A DNA stretch of 64,000 bases from NCBI GenBank assembly GCA_965261185.1, contig CBDHCN010000002.1, positions 2,528,813 to 2,592,812 on the forward strand, written 5' to 3'. The position numbers were made by a program, and so were the translations under genes. The stretch is from Candidatus Aldehydirespiratoraceae bacterium. Lineage in GTDB: Bacteria; Actinomycetota; Acidimicrobiia; Acidimicrobiales; Aldehydirespiratoraceae. Shown one piece after another: positions 33,951-43,025 of the stretch. Position 1 is the first letter of the stretch. Every line of letters begins with the position of its first letter. Under the pieces are notes generated by a model that saw only the letters and a program-made list of their open reading frames with translations, was not told the DNA's origin and searched no databases.

Positions 33951-34648
33951 GCCGCGCCGCTCAAGCGCAGGGCCAGATCCTGGCACGCTGCCACCACATC
34001 GGACCACTGGTGCCAGCGCTGGTCGAGGCCTTTATAGCGAGGGAGTTCTTTGATCACGTCGGTGTCACGCGGTGAGGGATCGGCGAGTGCGATCACCAAC
34101 GAGGTCAACACCGACGAGGGATCGTCCGACCGGTCGGCATAGTAGTCATCGATGTCCGACAACACCGCGTCGGCCACATCCTCGCCGATATGGCCGACGA
34201 GCGCGACAACGTCAATGAAGTCGCGCACCACGTTGCGTTGCACAACCAGATAGGCCTTGACGCGCAAGGCTTCGACTTCGGTGGGTGCCACGACGACGGC
34301 GTTGGCGCCGACAGTGACCTCGACCGTTTCGAGCGGCCGAATCCGACGCATCTGCCTGAGCCCAGCCTCGATTCCGTCGAGGCTCCCCCTGATGGTGAAC
34401 GGCGGCTTCGAGGCACGGACCGATGTCGCCCATCCTTCAGTCGCTTCCACCGCCGCCAAGACCGTCTCGTAGCGGTCGACCAGATCGGCGAGAACGTGGT
34501 CGTGGTCAAAGGAGTCACGGTGACCCGCATGCAGTGCCGCGGCCGATCCTCCCACCAGAACAGCATCGGGGACGACCGATTGCAGACGAGCCGCCGACTT
34601 CAGTACCTGTCGCAGCGTTGCGCTCATCTCGGTCACGTTGCTTATCAT
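33947..34648 (-). CDS. Nucleotidyltransferase-fold protein (AbiEii/MenT-like minimal NTase)
   Basis: VLVGGSAAALHAGHRDSFDHDHV matches the GG(S/T)A...RxSxDxD NTase signature; 233 aa. Confidence 0.65.
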   Translation of the reverse strand: MISNVTEMSATLRQVLKSAARLQSVVPDAVLVGGSAAALHAGHRDSFDHDHVLADLVDRYETVLAAVEATEGWATSVRASKPPFTIRGSLDGIEAGLRQMRRIRPLETVEVTVGANAVVVAPTEVEALRVKAYLVVQRNVVRDFIDVVALVGHIGEDVADAVLSDIDDYYADRSDDPSSVLTSLVIALADPSPRDTDVIKELPRYKGLDQRWHQWSDVVAACQDLALRLSGAA

Positions 34649-34739
34649 AACCGATAAGTAACGTGACTATCTGCCCTTGCTGACGACCCTGACCCTCAGA
34701 ACCGGCGAAGTGGCATGTCCGGGCCTCGCTGGAGCCAGT
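34496..34739 (+). repeat. Direct repeat X (5' end of NTase gene + intergenic + phyH 3' core); partner Y at 36665-36864
   Basis: Hand alignment gives high identity over ~200 nt with one ~44-nt indel. Both copies end in GCGAAGTGGCATGTCCGGGCCTCGCTGGAGCCAGT. Confidence 0.85.
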
Positions 34740-35186
34740 CTGGTGCGGGATTCCCCACTACGGGGAGGCGTGACCCACAAGGCTGGCACGACGCGCATCG
34801 TCACAAGAGATGACTACGCTGCCCTCTCGAGGATGCAAGAGACTGGCTTGATTACTACACTGTGGACATGGCGAGAAATCAAATTGAATTACAGGCGTCG
34901 GATTCTCAGTCCGAAGATTCTCGGTTCAGCGCCCCGATGTCTCCTCACATCAATATTACTTTCAACCTGCAGTTCCTCCAAGCTTACTCCGCTGAGGTAC
35001 AGAGCCATCCAGCACCCTCAACCGATGATTCTGAGCATCAGCCCGAGGAGACAAAGCAACGGGTGGACTATCGCGTCATCCCGACGACCACTTCTTCCAT
35101 TTCTTCTGGCCTATCTCATTATCTCCCGATTTGAGTGAGGACATGAGAGAGCCCGACCCAGTTAGCCTATAATTTCGTGAATCAGT

Positions 35187-36374
35187 TCAGGTTCGTCCGG
35201 CACCGCTCAGTTCAAGGTCAGGCGTGGGAATTCTGGTCCACTTACTACCCAGGAATTTGATGTCAGCACCAATGACAGGTGCCTGTGCCGTTAGAGCTTC
35301 GTTGACTGACTCATGCGCAATAGGTAGGAGTTCGTTCACTAGTTGCTGTAACATGTTCTGTGCTTCCGCTGGCAGTTGATTAGGATCTAACCCCGCTGGC
35401 AGCTGTGGGTTCAGATTTAGGGCCACATTTAGGGTCTGAGGCATTTGACGAATAGCTCGCACATCAAGCGTGCCTTGAAACTCGAAGCATGTAGATTCAC
35501 CCTCAAGCGCAGCAATCACCAAGTCATCAACGAATTTATCATTCGTCTGAATACATTCTATCGGGTCTATGGGTTCACGTAACTTCAGGTCTTCCTCGTA
35601 CTTGCCTAGCAGACTCCAAATTGCAGCCTCTTCATCTTCGGAGGCTGCATCAACAGGGAGCCCGATGTCGCGAGCCTCATTTATGCCAATAGCGTGGCCA
35701 TGTGCATAGACGCGCTCCGCTAGCGTCTCGACGATTGTTTCCATGGCCCGCTCACTCGGAGGATTCTGCTGTGACGTCAACATCCGATGTGCCACATCGC
35801 GAATATGGGATCTTATGCGATAAACAGAGCCGAGTCCCACTGCGTCTAGGCGTTCAGCAAGACGGCCTACGCCCTCCGCTAAGGTGGATTGGTCTGTTAG
35901 GCCAACTTGGTCCTTCAAAAAGTTGAAATAGGCCATGACATCTTCCACACTGATGTCGTCTTGCTGTGGAAGTCCTCCAGGCTGCCCTGGCGTTCCCGGC
36001 GCACGCTGAATTTTTAGAATTGGGTCAATGGGACCCAATTCGCCATGAGGTCCGAGAACTATCCTGTCAGCCCCCAGCGCCAGAAGCGTTGCCGCGCTGT
36101 TAGCGCGATAAGGCACCAAGGCGTTCCACTTATCAGCGTATTGCCTAAGCGCGGAGGCGATACGCCAGGGTACTTCAGTTCCGCCCCCTCGGGAATACAA
36201 GAACACATCGAGGGTCTAAACTTTGCCTATTCCTCGCAGCACATCGAATAGCGGCCTAACGGCGTCATCCCCGATAGAAGCAGTAATGGGATGCCTGTCG
36301 CCAGTCACAAAAGCAATGACTGGGTTTCCACGAACGCGTTGCAACTCTTGTATCTCGGCCTGTCGTCCTGCCAT
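35187..36374 (-). pseudogene. ClpP/crotonase-fold serine protease of the SDH (serine dehydrogenase proteinase, S49-like) type, interrupted by an in-frame TAG
   Basis: Contains LYSRGGGTEVPWRIA...VPYRANSAATLLALGADRIVLGPHGELGPIDP. ATG 36374 has a GGAGG Shine-Dalgarno 5 nt upstream. TAG 36216-36218 is in frame with the 339-aa track ORF, giving ...LRGIGKV*TLDVFLYSRGGG. Confidence 0.65.
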
Positions 36375-36664
36375 ATGAGCCTCCATGGGTCGTTGCTCGC
36401 TGCCTTGGAACTAACTGAAGTCTCCCATTGTCTGTCGGACCTTCAGCTTCGTCTTGCCGGTGTCAGCGCGCTTCTTGCGCCGACAGCCGTCCTGGTTACG
36501 AGACCTGGGTTACCGTCCGCCTCCCCCGTCGGGGACATGAGGGACTCGGCCTGCGCGCCGGTCAGCCATACCTAATTCCCTTCGCGTAGAGTCCAGATCA
36601 CAATGCTGGATTCTAACGCTGCACTGGGAACTTCCTCACCACTCGCGAACCTCTGATTCGCTGA

Positions 36665-36864
36665 GTGGTCGTGGAAAAACAGTCACGGATGCCCGCATGC
36701 AGCGCCGCGGCCGACCGTCCCACTAGAACAGCATCAGGGACGACCGACTGCAGACGCGCTGCCGACTTCAATACCTGTCGCAGCGTCGCGTTCATCTCGA
36801 CTATCACTCACGACCCTCGGTTCAAACCCGCGAAGTGGCATGTCCGGGCCTCGCTGGAGCCAGT
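36665..36864 (+). repeat. Direct repeat Y, including an orphan 5' fragment of the NTase gene (minus strand MNATLRQVLKSAARLQSVVPDAVLVG...)
   Basis: Track ORF 36613-36807 (minus) duplicates the first ~40 codons of the 33947-34648 product. Confidence 0.85.
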
Positions 36865-37672
36865 TGTCGGCCAGGTAATCAGCTTGGGCGTCGATCAGGT
36901 GCAGGGTGTAGGCGTGGCGACTGATCGGCGACGTGTTCGGTGCGCTCCAGTGGGGGAGTGTGCCGTGCAGAGCGATAAGTGTGCCCCGTTCGACTGGCAT
37001 CGGCACAAGATCGGTGGTGGGCCAAGGCTCGGCACTGAGCACATCGGTGGTGGTGCTGTCGGCACCAGGAGCAGTGAGCCGAAAGCGGGTGCGCGCCGGT
37101 GTGCGGTGGTGACCGGGGGCCAGCCACATGCAGCCGTTCTCCAGCGTGGCGTCCTCAATCGCGAACCAGAAGCCGATCACTGATTGAGGTTCGGTCCACA
37201 AGAACGTGTGATCGCAGTGGCAAGTGACCTCACCGCCGATACCGGGCTGCTTGAAGATGTACATCGACTGGAGCAGGCGTGGTTGCACGAACCCCAGATC
37301 CGCGGCCAACGCGGCGAGCTCGGGTGTCCTTGAGAAACGATCGAACTGCGGGTCGAGATCGTGCATGGCGTGACCCAACTTGTTGACCGCCAACTCCAGA
37401 GGCCGGGTCAGTTCGCCGTCAACGACCGCGCCGTCTTCCAGGAACCAGCGGATGGTGTCTCCGCTGGTGAGAAAGTACTCATCTTGGGCATGATTTTGTG
37501 CGTTTGTATCGAAGACGGTGAGTTCGCCATCGGCCTGTGGGCCAGCGTCGCGCATCAGACCCATCACGTGGTCTTTGAGAGCGTCGCAGTCCTTCGGGTC
37601 CACGAAATCGGGGAGCACGATGTATCCGTCGTGGTCCCACGCAGATAGCTGAGCGTCGCTGAGCATCGGCAT
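36734..37672 (-). CDS. Phytanoyl-CoA dioxygenase (PhyH) family Fe(II)/2-oxoglutarate oxygenase
   Basis: Contains WDHDGYIVLPDFV, HCDHTFLW (HxD) and LHGTLPHWSAPN. The last ~30 codons read through into antisense NTase-fragment sequence, so the native C-terminus was replaced. Confidence 0.85.
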   Translation of the reverse strand: MPMLSDAQLSAWDHDGYIVLPDFVDPKDCDALKDHVMGLMRDAGPQADGELTVFDTNAQNHAQDEYFLTSGDTIRWFLEDGAVVDGELTRPLELAVNKLGHAMHDLDPQFDRFSRTPELAALAADLGFVQPRLLQSMYIFKQPGIGGEVTCHCDHTFLWTEPQSVIGFWFAIEDATLENGCMWLAPGHHRTPARTRFRLTAPGADSTTTDVLSAEPWPTTDLVPMPVERGTLIALHGTLPHWSAPNTSPISRHAYTLHLIDAQADYLADNWLQRGPDMPLRGFEPRVVSDSRDERDAATGIEVGSASAVGRP

Positions 37673-37687
37673 CGGTGGGTCGTCCCC

Positions 37688-38953
37688 CTAGGTTTTGCCG
37701 CGGCGATACGCCTGTCCGTCTGCAGCGGGCATACGCAGTCGCTGTGAGAAGAACGTCAACACCAGCAGCACGATCAGTTGCGGCAGAATGTTGATGAACC
37801 AGTTGGGAACTGTTTCGGACCCAACGAACCAAACTAGGGCCAACACGCTGATGAGGCCTCCCAGGAATGCGTCGGTGCGGTTTCCGTTCCGGAAGTTGTT
37901 GACCGAAACCACCGCCAGCACCCCCGCGGCGACCAACAACAACGCATGCGTGTTGCTGCCGTCGAGGTCTCGCAGTCCGAGCGCGAACGGGTAGCCGAAG
38001 AGCATGGCGCCTGCCATCACCCCAGCGGGTCTCCAATTACCGATGATCAGCGCGGCCAAGCCGATGAACCCTCGCTGGTTGACCGAGCCTTCGAGATAGA
38101 TGCCGTTGAGTTCCGGGGTGGCGATGAAGGCGCCGGCGAATCCGGCGAGTACTCCGCTGAGCATCACACCGATGTACTTGTAGAGGTAGATGTTGATGCC
38201 CTGCGACTCTCCGGCGGTGGGGTGTTCGCCACAGATCCGCAGCCGCAAACCGAACCGGGTGCGCCACAGAACCCAGGCCGACAGCGGCACCAACGAGAAA
38301 GCGATAATGGTGAAGATGCTGAGGTTGAACACGAAGCCGCGGGCGAATCCGGTCAAATCGGAGATGTACCACCAGTCTTTGTCTGTGAACCATCCGAGAA
38401 TATCCGGACTTCGCCAGTCGCCGATTCTGCCTCCTGCAAGGAACGGCAAGGTGAACTTTCCGGCACCTGACAGGCGGGGTGATTGAGTTATTGATCCCCC
38501 GTCATGCCCAGCCATAATCTCCAAGGATAAGAAGCGGGCGATTCCCGGTGCGGCGATCAAAATTGCCACGCCGGAAATGATGTGGTCAACCCCGAAAGTG
38601 ACGGTTGCGACGGCATGGATCAAACCGCCGAGCGCCCCGCCGAGCAGTCCGATCAGCAAGCCGTTCCAAGGTCCGTAGTTGATGGTTCCCCAAGCCCCGA
38701 ACCACATTCCGAGAACCATGATCCCGTCCAGCCCGATGTTGACCACGCCGGCTCGTTCGGAGAACATCCCACCGAGTCCGGCGAGCATTACGGGTACTGT
38801 CCAACGCAGCATGGCACCAGAGGTTGTTGTGGTAGTCAGCTTCGAAGCGTCGGTGAACGACTGGACGATGACGAGCCCCAAGATTCCGAGAGCGGCATAG
38901 ATCATCCAGCGAATCGGTGTGGAGAGCTTGTTGACTCGTCTCAACAGATTCAT
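37688..38953 (-). CDS. ABC transporter permease (BMP/nucleoside-type importer, second permease)
   Basis: Multi-pass membrane protein. Start at ATG 38953 (MNLLRRVNKL) overlaps the upstream stop (ATGA); the track ORF over-extends to 39136. Confidence 0.88.
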   Translation of the reverse strand: MNLLRRVNKLSTPIRWMIYAALGILGLVIVQSFTDASKLTTTTTSGAMLRWTVPVMLAGLGGMFSERAGVVNIGLDGIMVLGMWFGAWGTINYGPWNGLLIGLLGGALGGLIHAVATVTFGVDHIISGVAILIAAPGIARFLSLEIMAGHDGGSITQSPRLSGAGKFTLPFLAGGRIGDWRSPDILGWFTDKDWWYISDLTGFARGFVFNLSIFTIIAFSLVPLSAWVLWRTRFGLRLRICGEHPTAGESQGINIYLYKYIGVMLSGVLAGFAGAFIATPELNGIYLEGSVNQRGFIGLAALIIGNWRPAGVMAGAMLFGYPFALGLRDLDGSNTHALLLVAAGVLAVVSVNNFRNGNRTDAFLGGLISVLALVWFVGSETVPNWFINILPQLIVLLVLTFFSQRLRMPAADGQAYRRGKT

Positions 38954-40122
38954 GATGTTGCCTCCGCCAGCCGGGCTGCGGTGCGAGTTGCTTCTGCGCG
39001 TTCTCGCATTCGCCTGACCACCTCGTAGCCGATAACGACGGTCAGCAGAATCACGCCGCGCATGATGTCGATGATTTCTTTGGGCGCGGTTTGGGTGACT
39101 TGCAAGATGTCTGAGGTGGCGTCGAGAAAGGCCCACAGCAGCGCGCCAACTGCGATCCCGGCCGGGTTGTTGCGTCCCAGCAGGGCTACGGCAATGCCGT
39201 TGAACCCAAGGAACCCCACAAAGTTGGGGTCATATCTGGTCTTGCCGAATATCTCCGCCATGCCGACGAGTCCTCCCACAGCACCGGACATGAGCATTGC
39301 TGCGAGGGCCATTTTGCGGGGAGGCACGCCGCCCGCGCGCGCCGCCAGTGGATTGAGTCCGCTAGCTCGCAAGTCGTATCCAAAGACTGTGCGATTCAAC
39401 AGGAGGTAGTAGACAACACCGACGATGATGGCGATCACCAGCACGCCGGTGAGTTCTTCGTTGGCCCGGAGGTCACCGAAGAGTTCGGGGATGAAGTTGA
39501 GGTTGGGCAAAAGACCCGACTCTTCGATGGGTTCTGTGCCAACCCCGACCTGGACGATGTTGCCTTCGGCCTGCCAACGGCGCACGAGCCAGGCGATCAC
39601 ACCCAAGGCGACGCCGTTCAACATAATCGTGCCGATCACTTCGTTGACCCCGCGGTGGGTGTAAAGCACTCCGGCCAAGCCACCCCAGAGTCCGCCCACG
39701 ACCATGGCGGTGATCAAGATCAGGCCGATATGCAGGACCGACGGCAGTACGACCGCGCCCCCGACATATGCCGCGAATATTGCCGCCATGCGATATTGGC
39801 CTTCGACGCCGATGTTGAACAGGTTCATCTTGAAACCGATCGCCGCTGCTACTCCGGAGATGTAGAGGGGAGTGGCCCGATTGATCATCGAGACCTGCAC
39901 CTCGAGTTTGCTTGCGTGATCGAGCATGTCTCGGGCGGCTTCGATGGGGTTGCTGCCTGCTGCGATCAACACGACGGCGCTGGCGATGAGCGAGAAAATG
40001 AAGGCCCCGAGCGGCGCGGCCATTGATATCAAAGCTTGGCGTAGACGTGATTCGGCTGCGGCTCTGGGCGGCCTCGTGTCGGGAGTGTCTTCTGGCTCGT
40101 CCATGACTGTTGTGTCCGTCAT
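38950..40122 (-). CDS. ABC transporter permease (BMP/nucleoside-type importer, first permease)
   Basis: 390 aa, hydrophobic throughout; overlaps both neighbours by 4 nt. Confidence 0.88.
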   Translation of the reverse strand: MTDTTVMDEPEDTPDTRPPRAAAESRLRQALISMAAPLGAFIFSLIASAVVLIAAGSNPIEAARDMLDHASKLEVQVSMINRATPLYISGVAAAIGFKMNLFNIGVEGQYRMAAIFAAYVGGAVVLPSVLHIGLILITAMVVGGLWGGLAGVLYTHRGVNEVIGTIMLNGVALGVIAWLVRRWQAEGNIVQVGVGTEPIEESGLLPNLNFIPELFGDLRANEELTGVLVIAIIVGVVYYLLLNRTVFGYDLRASGLNPLAARAGGVPPRKMALAAMLMSGAVGGLVGMAEIFGKTRYDPNFVGFLGFNGIAVALLGRNNPAGIAVGALLWAFLDATSDILQVTQTAPKEIIDIMRGVILLTVVIGYEVVRRMRERAEATRTAARLAEATS

Positions 40123-41702
40123 TGCGACTCTCCTGCATCACCGAAGGCAGGGTCTTCTCCGGATCCGGGGCCGATTGGAGGCTCAGCGTCTATGTGCTCG
40201 GAACCGGTCATATAGCTTCCGAGTTGCCGTGGAGTAATGCTGGCGGGGTCGAGGGTGGCTGTTAGTTGTCCTTTGTGGATCACCACAATGGTGTCGGACA
40301 AACCGATCAGTTCGTCGAGGTCCGCCGATATCAACAGGGTGCCCATGCCATCGGCGCGGGCCGCGCGAATGTCGTCCCACACGGCTGCTTGAGCGCCGAC
40401 ATCAATTCCTCGGGTGGGATGCGCGGCGATCAGTACTTTTGGCTCTGCGGCCATTTCCCGTCCGACGATCAGCTTCTGTTGATTGCCGCCGGACAGCGAG
40501 TTGGCGGTGACTTCAATATCGGGAGTGCGTACATCGAACCAGCCGCGGATTGCTTCGGTTCGCTCACGTGCGGCAAATCGATCAAACCATCGACCGTTGG
40601 CAAACGGTGGTCTTGTTTGGTGACCGAGAGCGGCGTTCTCCCAAAGCGGAGCAAAAAGCAGGAGGCCTTCTTGTTGACGGTCCTGAGGGACGTAGCCGAT
40701 CCCAGAGTTGCGTCGGTGTCTTACCGTGCGATGGGCGATTTCTTCGCCGAGCAATCGGATTGAACCAGCCTCAGCGTCTTCGGTTCCGATAATGGCGCCT
40801 ACGAACTCTGTTTGACCGTTGCCTTCGACGCCTGCGAGTCCCACGACTTCGCCTCTGTGCACATCGAGGCTGACATCGTCGAGCACTCGCCGATCATCCT
40901 CATCAAGCACGGTCAATCCCTTGATCGAGAGTGCGATCTCGTCGGTGACGGTAGATCTTGAGGTTTGCGGTGTCGGAAGCTCAGAACCGACCATCATCTC
41001 GGCAAGGTCTCCGGTGCTGACGTCGGCGGGTTTGACGGTTGCCACGGTGCGGCCTTGGCGTAGCACAGTGATGGTGTCGGCGATCTGTAGAACTTCCTCA
41101 AGCTTGTGGTCGATAAACAGAATTGTCTCTCCCGCGGCTTTGAGTTCGCGCATGTTGCGGAACAGTTCGTCTACCTCGTGGGGGACGAGCACAGCGGTGG
41201 GTTCATCGAGAATCAGGATCTGAGCACCCCGGTAGAGCACCTTGATGATCTCGACACGTTGGCGCTCGCCGACCTCAAGACTCTCGATCAGGTCGTGGGG
41301 ATCGACATCGAGTCCGTAGGCCTCACCCACCTCAAGCAGATGGGCCTCCGCGGCTTTGAAGTCGATTTGCCCAAGTGAAGCCACCGGTTCAGCACCGAGG
41401 ATCACGTTTTCGAGCACAGTGAGTTGTCCGGCGAGCATGAAATGCTGGTGGACCATGCCGATGCCCCTGTTGATTGCTTCGGCCGGCGAGGAGAACCGGA
41501 CCTCTTCACCATGGATGCGCATGGTTCCTTCATCGGGGCTCTGCATGCCGAAGAGGATCTTCATCAGCGTTGATTTGCCTGCCCCGTTTTCGCCGCATAC
41601 CGCGTGAATCTCTCCTGTTTCGACCGAGAGGTTCACGTTGTCGTTGGCCACGACACCTGGAAAGCGCTTGGTGATGCCGGTTAGCTCAATCGCGAGCGTC
41701 AA
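40119..41702 (-). CDS. ABC transporter ATP-binding protein with duplicated ATPase domains
   Basis: Walker A GENGAGKSTLMK, signature LSGGNQQK, Walker B ILILDEPT / LLISADLDE; two tandem NBDs in 527 aa. Confidence 0.9.
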   Translation of the reverse strand: MTLAIELTGITKRFPGVVANDNVNLSVETGEIHAVCGENGAGKSTLMKILFGMQSPDEGTMRIHGEEVRFSSPAEAINRGIGMVHQHFMLAGQLTVLENVILGAEPVASLGQIDFKAAEAHLLEVGEAYGLDVDPHDLIESLEVGERQRVEIIKVLYRGAQILILDEPTAVLVPHEVDELFRNMRELKAAGETILFIDHKLEEVLQIADTITVLRQGRTVATVKPADVSTGDLAEMMVGSELPTPQTSRSTVTDEIALSIKGLTVLDEDDRRVLDDVSLDVHRGEVVGLAGVEGNGQTEFVGAIIGTEDAEAGSIRLLGEEIAHRTVRHRRNSGIGYVPQDRQQEGLLLFAPLWENAALGHQTRPPFANGRWFDRFAARERTEAIRGWFDVRTPDIEVTANSLSGGNQQKLIVGREMAAEPKVLIAAHPTRGIDVGAQAAVWDDIRAARADGMGTLLISADLDELIGLSDTIVVIHKGQLTATLDPASITPRQLGSYMTGSEHIDAEPPIGPGSGEDPAFGDAGESQ

Positions 41703-41841
41703 AGTGCGTCCCCTTGGTTCGAATGAACCAGGAAGTCCTGGTCCAGGGAGAGAAAGTAAGCAGGGCCGGGAGTATATCCCAGCCCTGCTTCTAGGTCATA
41801 TGACACCGTTTCCGTTGGTCAGCGGAAACGTGGTGACGCTG

Positions 41842-42909
41842 TTAAGCGCCGACTTCGGTCGGATCAGTCGGGACCACGATGCTGCCGTCGATGATCTGCG
41901 CCTTGAACTCTTCGAGTTGGGCGATGATATCGGCGCTCAAGAAGTCACCTGCAGTCGAGTAACCAACGCCGTCAACGGAGAGGTCATAGCGGGTTTCGCC
42001 AGGACCGAAAGTTCCCTCCAGGTGGGCTTTGATGATCTCGAAGATAGCGGTGTCCACCCGTTTGAGCATCGAGGAGAGCACGTACTCGCTAACTTCTTCG
42101 TCGACGGTGTGGTACTGATCGGAGTCGACACCGATGCCCCAGACCTTTGAGCCTGTGGCTTCGCTGTGTTCTTTGGCCGCGGCGAACAACCCGGCACCTG
42201 TGCCTCCCGCTGCGTGGTAGATCACATCTGCACCCTCTTCGAAGATGGCCAGCGCTGTTTCACGGCCACGATCTGGTGCGTTGAAGCCACCGAAGTCGGG
42301 GAACTCGGTGATGTACTGGGAGATGATCTCGATGTCGGGGTTGACGTGGAGCGCCCCGGCACGGAAACCGGCTTCGAATTTCTCGATGAGTCCGAAGCAG
42401 CAAACACCGCCGATGAAGCCCACGGTCCCGGTTTCGCTGCTGAGTGCAGCAGCGGCACCGACGAGGAACGAACCCTGCTCTTCGGCGAACACGAGACCTG
42501 CAATGTTGTCGGAGTACGGTCCCGGCGGATCTTGGTCGAAGTCAAGCATGGAGGAGTCGATGACGCCGAAGTTGGTGTCGCCGTTGGCACCGCCGACAGC
42601 GGCGGCGTCTCCTTCAAACAAGAAGCCGACAGCGACAACGATGTCGCTGCTATCAGCCTGGAGTTGGAGTAGTTCGGCGCGGTTGCTGCCGTCGTCGTTG
42701 GGCGAAACCTTAGTTGTGGTGATGTTGAATGTTTCTTCAGCTCGGTTGAGCCCCGCGGCGGCTGAGTCGTTGAATGACTGGTCGCCTTCCCCGCCGATAT
42801 CGAACACAAGACCGACATGAACCGTGTCTTCGGCCTCGTCGTCGCCGCATGAGGCGGCGATGAGCGTGAACGACAAGAAGATGCTCAATAGGAGCAATAG
42901 TTTGCGCAT
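41842..42909 (-). CDS. BMP-family (PnrA/Med-like) substrate-binding lipoprotein
   Basis: Lipobox LIAASCGD. The BMP-like core is VGLVFDIGGEGDQSFNDSA...GFIGG. Confidence 0.88.
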   Translation of the reverse strand: MRKLLLLLSIFLSFTLIAASCGDDEAEDTVHVGLVFDIGGEGDQSFNDSAAAGLNRAEETFNITTTKVSPNDDGSNRAELLQLQADSSDIVVAVGFLFEGDAAAVGGANGDTNFGVIDSSMLDFDQDPPGPYSDNIAGLVFAEEQGSFLVGAAAALSSETGTVGFIGGVCCFGLIEKFEAGFRAGALHVNPDIEIISQYITEFPDFGGFNAPDRGRETALAIFEEGADVIYHAAGGTGAGLFAAAKEHSEATGSKVWGIGVDSDQYHTVDEEVSEYVLSSMLKRVDTAIFEIIKAHLEGTFGPGETRYDLSVDGVGYSTAGDFLSADIIAQLEEFKAQIIDGSIVVPTDPTEVGA

Positions 42910-43025
42910 TGGTCCCTCCAGGGTCCGTATAGAAAAACTAGGTATCGCCGACGAGAGTATCGCGTCCTGCGGTCTAACGCTTAACTCAGCGCGGTGGGAC
43001 CTAGCTTAAGACTCGTTCACCAGCC

